Source: Isurus oxyrinchus
Lineage: Eukaryota
Assembly: GCA_026770705.1 (NCBI GenBank)
Contig: JANJGN010000075.1
Coordinates: 1,488,001-1,552,000 of the forward strand
Reading direction: 5' to 3'
Length of the DNA: 64,000 bases
Below the pieces are notes generated by a model. The model saw only the letters and a list, made by a program, of their open reading frames with translations. It was not told where the DNA came from and made no database searches. Position numbers and translations under genes: made by a program. This document shows positions 51,901-62,907 of the stretch, one piece after another; position 1 is the stretch's first letter, and each line of letters begins with the position of its first letter.

Positions 51901-54900
51901 ATTGGTCAGTGAGGTCACGCTCTACCTCGTTATTGGGTTCTGCTCTATCTGACGTCATACTGGGACCGAGTGTCCAACGCCGACCACTGAGGCGGTCAAC
52001 CAAGAGAAAATCCCTATTCTAAAACCCACATGCTGTAGGGGATCAGTTACCGCCCAAGCCTTTCAGCATTTGTCTTTCATTCTCCACATTGGTATTAACA
52101 GTAAGTGCCTTTATCATTGACGATCTTCATTCATGTCTTTACCAAGGCTGTAGGACGCTACACTAAGTCAGAAGGTTCTGTGATCAACTCCCACGCCAGT
52201 TTGGGCCGAAACACACATCCTTAGAAGAAGATCACTGAAGGGAGAATCACGTTGATAGTCCCGTCCTTAGTTGATTTCAGTTAATAGGATCTTGTTCTTC
52301 TCAATCTACTGGTGCGAATCGTCGATTACCATAATAAATACAGTTCCGTCGTACTTATTAGCTGCGGACCTGTTAGAGAAGGCCCGAGCTCCTGATTGAC
52401 GTTTAGAATAGGGTTTACTTACTTCATCATCAAATTCTGATCCCTACATTTGTGAATTCTCAAACACTTGTAAACACGTTGTCTAGACACAAATCAATTA
52501 ATCTGTTTCCAACCGCCTGCTGCTCATAGAATGACGCTGATCCATTTCTAATTGTACCCTAAATTAATTTTACCACAGAAACGCTGAAAACCCCAGTTAT
52601 ATCTCTTGATCAAACTGGCCCTGAATTAACCTGCTGGGCGTGAAGCAACAGTGTAAGTGTTGAGATGAGAAGGGGAGGAAAGCAGGAGAAGGGTGTGAGG
52701 GGACAGTCAACAGCGTAAGGATTCTGTCATTAGGGGAGGGGCTGTCCATTGTTGGGTGACGTCATGGTCTACCTCGGTATTGGGTGATGCACTTTCTAAT
52801 ATCGCAGTGGGACCGAGTTTCCAACGCCGACCACTGAGGCGGTCAAAAAAGAGACACTCCCCATCCCAAAACCCACATGTCGTGAGGCATATTGTACCGT
52901 CCAATTCGTTCACAGTTTGCCTTACATCTTCCATGTTGATGGGGAAACTACGAGCCATCGTCCTCTTCCCTCATGTCCTTACAGGGAATGTTGCACGCTA
53001 CCCTAAATCAGAAGGCTGTGTGATAAACCACAACTCCAGATTTAATTCCATAATGCAGGATGTCTCGTATGCACTGTGTCAGTACTGAGGGAGTGCTGCA
53101 CTCTCGGCGGCAGATCTATATACTCTAGGAGTTGAGCTCCGTAATCCAGGCCAACTCTCACCGGCTGCCAGTACTGAGGGACTGTCAGAACTCTGCTATT
53201 TGTAATGTTCCGCTCAGCAATTTCATTTCGAGTTAATACAGACAGCGGAATTATTGCCAGTAACATCAGTAGGAACTTCGCTTAAGTATCCATGGGCCTA
53301 ACACACAACCATAAAACAACATCACTGAGGGAAAAATCGCATTGTCCCGTCATCAATTAATTTCAGTTCATTGGATCTTGCTCTGCCCAAATCTGCTGGT
53401 ACGAATTGGCGATTACCATAACGAATACATTTCAGTCGGGCTTTATCAGCTGCAGAGTTGTTAGGGAAGGCCCGAATCACTGATTGGCGTTTAAAAATGC
53501 ATGTTCTTATCCTCCTTGCTTCATAATCAAATCCTGATCTTTACATTCGTGAATTTTCAAACACTTTAAACACCTTGACTCGACATAAATCAATTAATGT
53601 GCTTATAATCTACTGCTGTAGATAGAATTACTCCGATCCATTTCTAATTGTTCCTTCAATTTATTTTACCACAAATCCGCTAAAATCCCCAGTGATATCT
53701 CTTGATCAAACCTCAGGGATGTATGCAGCAGGAGAGAGGATCACCATGACCTGTACCGTGACTGGAGATAATCACGAGAAAACGTTTTATTTTTATATAG
53801 TGCGTGGTCAACTGCGATTTAGTCCAACTAAAACAAATAGCAACACGTTAACATTCCAGAATTCCCGTCCAAGCCACAGCCGACAATATCAATGTCAATA
53901 CAGAGTTACCGTCCAGAACAGGCAGTTCTACTCCAAACAGAGTCAGGCTGTAAAGGTAACTATAGCAGGTGAGGGACAGGAAACACATATTTAAACATTC
54001 CTAGTTACAATCTTGGCATTCTCGAATAGTCGATATTTTATTCACTGTAGCAATATGAATCATTCTAAATAGACGGCGGCGCCGAGGGGCAAAGGGGGTG
54101 CCGGGAGGTTCAGATGTTCTGAGTTTTCATTCCATAATTGTGAACGTTGGGGACTGGATTCACCCGCTGTACATCGAATGTGATTGTAGAGGATAGGGTG
54201 AGCAGGAGGTGACTGTGAGCCGCTGAAGTGCTCTGACATTGGGGGGAGCTGGTGTCCATTGGCTGGAGATGTCACAGTCTTAGCTGGGATTTGGTTTGGT
54301 CCATTATGACATCAGAGATGCCTTCCACACCTCGGTGCGGAACAATGCCTTCATTTCGATGCATTGCTTTTATTTCCATACATTGACAACTTCCGTGTCG
54401 TTGTACTATTTCAACACAAATGAACGCCTTTACTTCGGTAACACTCTCGCCAGAATTACCAAGCAATGGAATGAAATTTAACTTCAGCTCGTGAACACCA
54501 AAAATGCAGCCCGACACTCCCCGCGAAGCCAGTACTGAGGGACTGCTGCACTTTCGGAGGTAGATGCGTGTACTCCAGGGCTTGTGCTCCATAATCCAGG
54601 CCGACGCTCCCCCAGCACTGCGGGACTGCCCGAACTCTGCTATTTATAATTTGTATTTAAACGAGGTACCTCTCTGCAATTTTCTGTTGAGGTAAAATAG
54701 ACAGCGGCATTATTGCCGGTCACATCAGCAGGATCTCCGCTTCGGTATCCATGGGCCAAACACACAGCAATAAATCAACATCACTGGAGGGAAAATCACG
54801 TTGATTCTCCCGTCCAGAATTGATTCATGTTAATGGGATCTTGCTCAGCTCCAATCTGCTGGAAAGAATCGTCGATTACCATAACAAATGCACTTCAGCC

Positions 54901-57900
54901 GTAATTTATCAGCTCGAGATCTGTTAGGGAAGGCGCCCGTCCCTGATTGGCGTTTAGAAATGTGTTTGCTTCTCCTCCTTCCTTCGTTATCTACATTTTG
55001 GTCTCTACATTGGTGAATTTTCAAACAGTTGGAAACTCGTTGTCCCGATACCGATCAATTAATGTGTTTATGACCTACTGCTTTTCATGGAATGACACTG
55101 ATCCATTTCTAATTATTCCTTTTACCACAGATCCGCTAAAAACCCCAGTGATATCTCTGGATCAAACTACAGGGGTGTATACAGTAGGAGAGACGATCAT
55201 CATGACATGCACCGTGACTGGAGATAATCGCGAGAAAACGTTTTATTTTTATAATGGACATCAACAGCTCTCAGCTAGTCCAATCATCAGAAATACCAGC
55301 ACTTTGACATTCCAGAATTCCGGTCCAAGGCTCAGCGGACAATATCAATGTCAATACAGAGTTACCTTCCAGAGCAGGCAGCTCGATTCCAAACAGAGCC
55401 AGGCAGTAACGGTGACTATAGCAGGTGAGTGACGGCAAAAAAACGATTTCAAAAATTCTATATATGGCGTGGATATTCTCAAATAATCAATTTTTTATTC
55501 ATTGTAACAATATGACGAGTTTCAAAAAATCCGTGAAGGAGCCCAAATGACCTGCGATCTCATTCCACAATTGTGACCGGTGGGGTCTGAATTCACCCGC
55601 TGGACATGTGCTGTGATTGCAGGAGCTGGGGTGGGAACGAGGGGAACACAGGAGTTTGGTTTGCGGTGACAGTAAGCAGCTGAATTTTTCTGTCACTGGG
55701 GGAAGCTGGTGTCCGTTGCCGGGAGATATCAGAGTCTTATTTGGGTTTGGATTAGGCCCGTTATGTTATCAAAGATCCCTACCACACCACGGTGCTGAAT
55801 GGTACATTCATGCCTCTGCATTGGCTTTATTTCCATGAATTGATACCTTCGATGTGGTTGGATTTTCTCAACTGAAAAAAAACTTATCTACTTCAGTAGT
55901 ACTCTCACTCTCGCCTGATTCATAAGGCAGTGTGGTCAACTTTCACTGAAGCTCGTGAGCTCCACAAATGAAATTCGGCATTCCCCCCAGAAATCAGTAC
56001 TGAAGGAGCGATGCGATGTCGGAGGTAGATGCATATATTCGAGAAATTGAGCTCCACAATCCAGGCAGACGCTCCCGCGGTGCCCGTACTGAGGATGTGC
56101 TGCACTGTCGGAGGTAGATGTGTGTACTCCAGGGCTTGTCCTCCATAATCCAGGCCGAGGCTCCCCCAGTGCCAGCACTGCGGGACTGCCCGAACTCTGC
56201 TATTTATAATTTGCATTTAAACGAGGTACCTCTCCACAATTTTGCGTTGAGGTAAAATAGACAGCGGCATTATTGCCAGCCACATCAGCAGGAACTCCGC
56301 TTCGCTATCCATGGGCCAAACACACAGCAAAAAAGCAACATCACTGGAGGAAAAATAACGTTGATTCTCCAGTACAGAATTGATTTCTGTTCATGGGACC
56401 TTAGTCATCCCAAATGTGCAGGTAAGAATTTTCGATTACCGTAATTAATACACTTCAGCTGGGCTTTATCAGCTCTAGAGATGTTAGGGAGGGCCCCTGT
56501 TTAGAAATGTGTTTGCTTCACCTCCTTCCTTCGTGAACAAATTCTGATCTCTACATTGGTGAATTTTCATACACTTGGAAACCCGTTGGCCCGATACAGA
56601 TCAATTAATGTGTTTCCAACCTACGGCTGTCCATGGAATGACTCTGATCCATTTCGAATTGCTCCTTCAATTCGTTTTACCACAGATCCGCTAAAAACCC
56701 CAGTGATATCTCTTGATCAAAGTACAGGGGTGTATACAGTAGAAGAGACGATCACCATGACCTGCAACGTTACTGGAGATAATCGCGAGAAAAAGTTTTA
56801 TTTTTATAATGGACGTCAACAGCTGTCACGTAGCCCAATCATCAGAAATACCAACACTTTAACATTCCAGAATTCCCGTCCAAGCCACAGCGGACAATAT
56901 CAATGTCAATACAGAGTTACTGTCCAGTGCAGGCAGTTCGATTCCAAACAGAGCCAGGCTGTTAAGGTAACCATAGCAGGTGAGGGACAGGGAACAGGTA
57001 TTTAAACGTTTCTATTTACGATCTTGCCATTCTCGAATAATCGATAGTTTATTCACTGTATCAATATGAATCATTGTAATTAGACGGCGGCGCCGAGGGG
57101 CGAAGGTGGTGGTTCAGAGGTTCTGAGTTTTCATTCCACAAATGTGAACGTTAGGGTCTGGATTTACCCGCTGTACATCGAATGTGATTGTAGAGGATGG
57201 GGTGAGCAGGGGGTGACTGTGAGCAGCTGAAGTGCTCTGACATTGGGGGAAGCTGGTGTCCATTGGCTGGAGATGTCACAGGCTTAACTGGGATTTGGTT
57301 TGGTCCATTATGACAGCAGAGATGCCTTCCACACCTCGGAGCGGAACAATGCCTTCATTTCGATGCATTGCTTTTATTTCCATACATTGATACCTTCCGT
57401 GTCGTTGTACTATTTCAACACAAATAAACGCTTTTACTTTGGCAACACTCTCGCCAGAATTACCAAGCAATGAAGTCAACTTTCACTTCAGCTCGTGAAC
57501 TCCAAAAATGCAGCTCGACTCTCCCCGCGATGCCAGTACTGAGGGAGTGCTGCACTGTCGGAGGTAGATATGTGTACTCCAGGGCTTGTGCTCTATAATC
57601 CAGGCCGACTCTCCCCCAGTGCCTGCACTGCGGGACTGCCCAAACTCTACTATTTATAATTTGCATTTAAACGAGGTACCTCTCTGCAATTTTATGTTGA
57701 GGTAAAATAGACAGCGGCATTATTGCCAGTCACATCAGCAGGAACTCCGCTTCGCTATTCATGGGCCAAACACACAGCAATAAATCAATTTCACTGGAGG
57801 AAAAATCATGTTGATTGTCCTGTCCATGATTGATTTCTGTTCATGAAATCTTGCTTAGCCCAATTCTGCTTGTAAGAATATTCGATTACCATAACGAACA

Positions 57901-60900
57901 CATTTCAGCCAGTTTTTATCAGCTCGAGATCTGTTAGGGAAGGCGCCAGTCCCTGATTGGTGTGTTTGCTTCACCTCCTTCCTTCGTTATCAAATCCTGG
58001 TCTCTACATTGGTGAATTTTCAAACAGTTGGAAACTCGTTGTCTGGAAACAGATCAATTAATGTGCTTATGACCTACTGCTATCCATGGAATGACTCCGA
58101 TCCATTTCTAATTGTTCCTTCAATTCATTTTACCACAGATCAGCTAAAAACCCCATTGATATCTCTTGATCAAAGTACAGGGGTGTACACAGTAGGAGAG
58201 ACGATCATCATGACCTGCACCGTGACTGGAGATAATCGCGAGAAAATGTTTTATTTTTATAAAGGGCATCAACAGCTGCCCTCTAGCCCAATCATCACAA
58301 ATACCAGCACTTTAACATTCCAGAATTCCCGTCCAAGCCACAGCGGACAATACCAATGTCAATACAGCGTCACCGTCCAGCGCAGGCTGTTCCATTCCAA
58401 ACAGAGCCAGGCTGTTAAGGTAACCATAGCAGGTGAGGGACAGCGAAAAAAACATTTCAACATTTCTATATATGGCGTGGATATTCTCAAATAATCAATG
58501 TTTTACTCACTGTAACAATATGACTCGTTTCAAGTAATCCAGGAAGGAGCCCAAATGACCTGCGATCTCATTCCGCAATTGTGAATGATGGGGGCTGAAT
58601 TCACCCACTGTACACTGACAGTGATTGCAGGGGCTGGAGTGACCAGGCAGGAGTGTGGTGTGAGGGGACAGTCAGCAGCTCAAGTGAGCTGTCACTGCAG
58701 GAAGCTAGTGCCCATTGGCGGGAGATCTCAGAGTCTTAATTGTGATTGAGTTAGGCCCGTAATGAGATCAAAGATACCTTCCATATCTGGGTGCAGAATG
58801 ATACCTTCATGCCTCTGCATTGGCTTTGTTTCCATAAATTGAAACATTCGATGTAGTTGGACTATCTCAACTGAAAAAAAAACTTATCTATTTTGGTAGC
58901 ACTCGCACTCTTGCCTGATTTATCAGGCAATAGGGTCAAATTTCACAGCAGCTCAGAGCTCCACAAATGTAGTCTGGCTCTCCTCGCAGTGCCAGTTCTG
59001 AGGGAGTGCTGCACTGTCGGATGCGGATGTATATATTCTAGGCCTTGAGCTCCATTATCCAGGAAGACACTCCCCCCGGTGCCAGTGCTAAGGGAGTGGT
59101 GCACTGTCGGAGGTAGATTCATATGCTTTAGAACTTGAGTTCGATAATCCAAGCCTATTCAGTCAATCTTGGTAAGTAAAAATAACGTGTTTCACATTGT
59201 TTACCAGTCAAAGAGAGGGACTTTTTGTTCATCTCTTGCCAAATCCTCATCAGACACACTGACCCATTATTGCAAGTGTCTCGATTAATCACAGAATCAC
59301 AAAAAGGAACACCAGAGATTTAAATCGCTCGGTCCATCCTGTCTGTTCTGTCTCTTTGAAAGAGCTGTCAACTTTTTATGCATTCTTCACTGAGGTGTTA
59401 TAATAGCTGGCAAGGGGAACATTTGTTTCCGATTCATAGTTACCCTTTAGAAGGTAAGGAGCAGTTCTATATACTGGCGGGAGAGTTTCTAACCAGGAAG
59501 CACAGACAAAAGGTAATTTCATTCATTTGTAAGCAAAGAGTTTTTTTGTTATCTGCAACACTGTGGAATACGATGCTGCAGTTTCCAATACTTAAATCAA
59601 AATCATATTGGATAATGTTACAGAGCGATGAAGAATGTGCGACTGGGGTTGGATAGTGTGAAAAATTTACTCTGTCCATCAGGTTCTTGGCACAGGCATG
59701 AAGGCCGATAGTCCCCTCCTCTGCCAGTTAATTTTATGACTCACACTTCATATCTCTCTCTCTCTCTTTGTTTTCTATGGCATCCTAGCCCCAATTGTTG
59801 TCCTGCATAAGTTGGAAATTATTCCTTTGTTGTAAAAGCTGTTCATTAATACTGCCGTGCTCTCCCCCTTTACCTAATCCAGAAAAGAAACATGTTGCCC
59901 TGGCTGTTGGTGTCACTTCTGCTGTGGGCCTGATTCTTCTCCTTGCTCTCTTGAGTGTCTGCCTCTGGACGAAAGGTAGGTCATTACAGATGAATAGGCA
60001 AATGTAACAGTCGACTTTTGGTGGCCAATATGATCCAATTCCCTATACCAACCAAACCCCAAACCCCAACATTAAGTGTAGGGTGATCCAGTTATGAAGG
60101 GTGAAATAGCCCATCACAAATGAATGGGTAGAAATTAATCTTGGGCCGACTGGTTAAGACCGGGAACGTCACAACTCCGCCCAATATCCAGCGGCATTGA
60201 TTTCACAAGAGCTGAACAGATGGCTGGTTCATGATGCTGGCGTCAGTCATACCGCTGCCTTTGGGCAGCCTTCCAGGACATATCACCGGGTTAGAATTGT
60301 TCCTTGGCTGGGGACAGAATAAGCAGAATTGCATTTTAAAATCCAAAACATTCAAATGGCAGCCCCATCTCTCTGAGGATAAAAAGAATGGAGGGACATC
60401 TCAAGTTAGTGATTTTATACAGGTTGTTCAGAGAGTACATGGTATGGGATTTAGAACAGGGCGCAGGAAATGAAGGTTAGACAAACGGAGGTAGTCTCCA
60501 ACCACTGTAAAGTAAACTGGTTCAGATATAAGAAAGATCTTCAAGAGCAATCAGGCTAAGAAATAACACCTGCTACTATTCTGATGTCGAAAGTCTTCGA
60601 ATAATTGACAAAACACGTGGATGTTGCAATGGGATTGGGGCACTGTGCACACATTGTGGGTGATGTGTGAAGCTTCGTTGAATGGCCTTCCTTATCTGGA
60701 AGGCTCTTGTCTTTGAATGTTGGCGAAAACCCATTTCCCCATGTGACCCTTCACTCCACTCTGCTTCCTAGTCCCCTGCCGTTGGTCCCTTGGGTACCCC
60801 TCCTGATATTAATTGTGATTTTGTTTTAAACTTCCCGCGTTCCTCCACACCCCCATCACGTTGCTCCACATCCACACCCCTCGCCGTCCATCACCGTTAA

Positions 60901-62907
60901 TTTCATCCACTTCATGAGTCTCCCTAACTGATCAATGTGAACTGATCAAAAATAAATGCCTCCACACTCAAGCTCCTTTACTCACGTCCCTCTGTACCAA
61001 CACACGGGTCATGAATTCACTCAGTCGATGCGCTTGTCAATACGAATGTTTTGTGGAAATTGTCTGTCTTTTTCCAGCCCTCCGCATCTAAATTCAGCAT
61101 CTTCAATAAAGTGTTTAAAGGTGATGATCTTCTCCACATATGCCGCAATTACTCCCTAAACATCATGTTCAAACACTTCTAAACAAGGTTCCATTCAACC
61201 AATATAACAGACTATTCTGATTTGAGTGTTACAGTGGCTTGTAGCAAACAATACATCCCTGGATCTCTCCATTCATTAACACGTATGTCATTGCTCAGAT
61301 CGCTGTCCTGTATAGAACTTCCCCCTGGAACTGCTCTCTCCCATTGCCTTTCCTAACCTGATCAAAACATTGATTCCAATGAATTTATCTCCCATCGGTG
61401 CACGGCCGCCTCTGCAACATTGTGATTGTTTTTTATTATTCCATTCAGCGAAATTGGCGAAGCTCTCTAGGCCAATAATTATTAACCAGATCCAATTGCC
61501 AATAAGAAGATGGGAGAAAGCGGTTTTCTTGAACCGCTGCAGTCCATTTGGTTGAGCTACACCTACAGTGCTGTTGGGGAGGCAATTCCAGGATTTTGAC
61601 CCAGCAGCAGTGATGGAGCGGCAGATATATTCCCAAGTCAGAATGGTTAGAACCTTGAGGCGAACTCCCACGTGATGGCATTCCCATGTGTCTGCTATCC
61701 ATCTCCCTCTAGCTGGCAGCACTCGTGCGTTTGGAAGACACTGTCAAAGGAGCCCTGGTGAATTCCTGCAGTGAATCTTGTAGATGCTACACACTGTTGT
61801 TATTGCTCGTCAATGGTGGAGAGAGTGTTTGTGGATGGGGCCAATCAAGTGGGTTGCTTTGTCATGGATGGTGTAGAACTTGGTTGCGTATTGTTGGAGC
61901 TGCACTCATCCACGCAAGTGGAGAGAATTCCATCACACTCCTGACTTTGAGTGTTGTCGATGTTGGATAGGCTTTGGGGAGTAAGGAGGTGAGTTATTCA
62001 CCGCAGGATTCCTAGCCTCTGAATTGCTCTTCTGGACACAGTATTTATGTGGCTAGCCCAGCTCAGTTTCGAGTCAAAGTTAACCCCTAGGATGTTGATA
62101 GTGGGTGATTGAGCGCGGGTAATGTCATTCTGTCCTTTAACATGCTCTGCATCATTACCCCATATCTTAATGACAGTGTTAAGAAATATAGAGTAAAGAT
62201 TCCTATTTATAATGACCACAAGCTGCCCCATCCATTGATACCTCAGCTGTAACCACTCGCTGATTTGGACTAACAGACATTGATGCACTTTGAGTAGTTC
62301 CTAAATGTACCGGTGTGGTGCTCATCTCTCTTGCTTCGGAATGTCAGGAGGTTCAACACAAACATGCCTGTTTCACACCTGAATTTTTTTCATAGAATCA
62401 TTTTTTTTTTAGTTATTACTTCATTGGTTTTGGCCATCACTCGCAAAACCAGCATCTATTGATTATCACTCATTGTCCTTACTGACTCCCAGGTGGTATG
62501 TTACTATGCCATCACAGTGGGCTCTGCAGTTGTTTTTCACCTTGGCACGGAAGCAGGTTGAATTACAGAAAGGGCTTTCTCGAACAAGATGGTTCATTGA
62601 TGGAGGCTCTTTTTCATCATTACCAATTCTAACTTCTCTTTTACTCCAATTGTATTTCATTAACTGAATTCAAAGTGCCCAGCTCCCGGGGTGGGATATT
62701 AACTCATGATTCCTGACCCTTACCCCGGATTATTAATTAGGAGCTCAGTCAGCCAACCAGTATGTCACCATTCACATTACAATGGGAAATGAGGAGCACA
62801 AAGGCATTCGCTGCTCTGTGACTCGTGTCTCAAGCTCCTATTCTGCTCTCTGCTTCTAATCCTTATGTTTCCTTCTCAGGAAAGAAGCAAGGCAATATGG
62901 AAAACAG
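21486..62907 (+). CDS. Multi-exon type I membrane Ig-superfamily receptor (LRC/FcR-like; leader + 5-6 C2-type Ig domains + TM + start of cytoplasmic tail), 3'-incomplete
   Basis: Exons 21486-21516, 40854-40886, 45421-45714, 51310-51603, (53675/53693-53968), 55131-55424, 56686-56979, 58139-58432, 59883-59975 and 62880-62907 join in one open frame with phase-1 GT-AG junctions (except the mutated 53674 acceptor). Product: METGVSLLLFVAFAVQWSVAQ-SPPSNPVISLDQ...TIA-EKKHVALAVGVTSAVGLILLLALLSVCLWTK-GKKQGNMEN. No stop codon is reached within the window. Confidence 0.85.
25140..26420 (-). mobile_element. CR1-type LINE fragment
   Basis: ORFs RLQGDEDRLSRCAHVWQMECN and IERVQRLFTKVIPEMEG are CR1 ORF2 remnants. 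Confidence 0.8.
30148..30473 (+). mobile_element. Penelope-type insertion (short inverted piece plus terminal repeat) with TSD
   Basis: Flanked by gataatctgctta / gataatctaccta; the paralogous duplicated unit at ~33728 shows the empty site. Confidence 0.75.
35300..36850 (-). mobile_element. Old CR1-type LINE fragment
   Basis: ORF 35956-36294 (SLQRINQMNDWPSIWQLEYNLGKYEI) is a degenerate CR1 RT segment. Confidence 0.7.
39150..39640 (-). mobile_element. CR1-type LINE 3' fragment
   Basis: ORF TRLIHGMRGLSYEERLHRLGLYQLEFRRLRGDFIE. Confidence 0.85.
40854..40886 (+). CDS. Exon 2: 33-nt leader mini-exon (VAFAVQWSVAQ)
   Basis: Strong acceptor ttttctttcttttcag, donor T|gtaagt, phase 1-1; joins exon 1 and the first Ig exon in frame and completes a signal peptide with a V-A|Q-type cleavage region. 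Confidence 0.8.
43361..43631. mobile_element. Penelope-type insertion forming a perfect 206-bp palindrome, with 16-bp TSD
   Basis: 43411-43616 is self-complementary about ACTAGT (43511-43516); flanked by ttactgaaatacattg at 43361-43376 and 43616-43631. Confidence 0.85.
45421..45714 (+). CDS. Ig domain exon D1
   Basis: ttttacgacag| ... ACAG|gtcagt, 294 nt; GERVTITC...(46 aa)...YSC; C2-set spacing, with Phe (TFYFY) in place of the C-strand Trp. Confidence 0.9.
47046..50470 (-). mobile_element. Decayed LTR-retroelement/endogenous retrovirus-like internal region (integrase plus env-like)
   Basis: Minus-strand QMDSDQGTHFTG (48439-48474), IPYQPQSPGMMERMN (48346-48390), ATPSRTVGFTPFEIM and C-terminal YEVI...KWRHYTQLK, followed by env-like segments at 47046-47860. 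Many stops and frameshifts; boundaries approximate. Confidence 0.8.
50193..50297 (-). mobile_element. Short Penelope-type terminal fragment
   Basis: Same ~105-bp sequence as at 19400 and 43411. Confidence 0.7.
51310..51603 (+). CDS. Ig domain exon D2
   Basis: ttttaccacag| ... ACAG|gtgagt, 294 nt; DRLRKPRINL...GETVAMTC...SEGLYQC. Confidence 0.9.
52579..52616 (+). pseudogene. Remnant of a deleted Ig exon (first ~13 codons only)
   Basis: Intact acceptor ttttaccacag followed by (E)TLKTPVISLDQT, then an abrupt jump to sequence homologous to the intron after D2 (ggccctgaatt.acc.gctgggc, cf. 51772); no donor site. Confidence 0.8.
53675..53968 (+). CDS. Ig domain exon D3 with mutated canonical acceptor (skipped, or rescued by a cryptic acceptor)
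   Basis: Open 294-nt frame and donor GCAG|gtgagg, but the acceptor reads ttttaccacAA where all paralogous exons read ttttaccacAG; an in-phase ccccAG lies at 53691-53692. Confidence 0.65.
55131..55424 (+). CDS. Ig domain exon D4
   Basis: ttttaccacag| ... GCAG|gtgagt, 294 nt; DPLKTPVISL...MTC...SGQYQC. Confidence 0.9.
56686..56979 (+). CDS. Ig domain exon D5
   Basis: ttttaccacag| ... GCAG|gtgagg, 294 nt; same domain type, with an extra Cys at 56928-56930. Confidence 0.9.
58139..58432 (+). CDS. Ig domain exon D6
   Basis: ttttaccacag| ... GCAG|gtgagg, 294 nt. Confidence 0.9.
59883..59975 (+). CDS. Transmembrane exon
   Basis: ctctccccctttacctaatccag| ... AAAG|gtaggt, 93 nt, phase 1-1; EKKHVALAVGVTSAVGLILLLALLSVCLWTK, with no charged residue in the hydrophobic span. 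Confidence 0.9.
61480..62130 (-). mobile_element. LINE (CR1/HER1-like) 3' fragment
   Basis: INILGVNFDSKLSWASHINTV...QRLGILR remnant plus a 3' region homologous to 7380-7990. Confidence 0.8.
62880..62907 (+). CDS. First cytoplasmic mini-exon (GKKQGNMEN)
   Basis: Long pyrimidine tract ...gtttccttctcag|, donor ACAG|gtgaga; 28 nt, phase 1-2; basic juxtamembrane residues in frame with the TM exon. Confidence 0.75.

Larger units (their letters stand above)
53200..59160 (+). repeat. Tandem exon+intron cassette duplications (~1.5-kb unit, ~3.0-kb higher-order unit)
   Basis: Exon starts are spaced 1456, 1555 and 1453 bp; the introns after D3 and D5 match each other, as do those after D4 and D6 (offsets 3011 and 3008). 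Confidence 0.9.

Noticed and set aside
54947-55130. N-terminal extensions of the Ig ORFs in the track (also 56556, 58009)
   Set aside because: Intronic read-through upstream of clear splice acceptors
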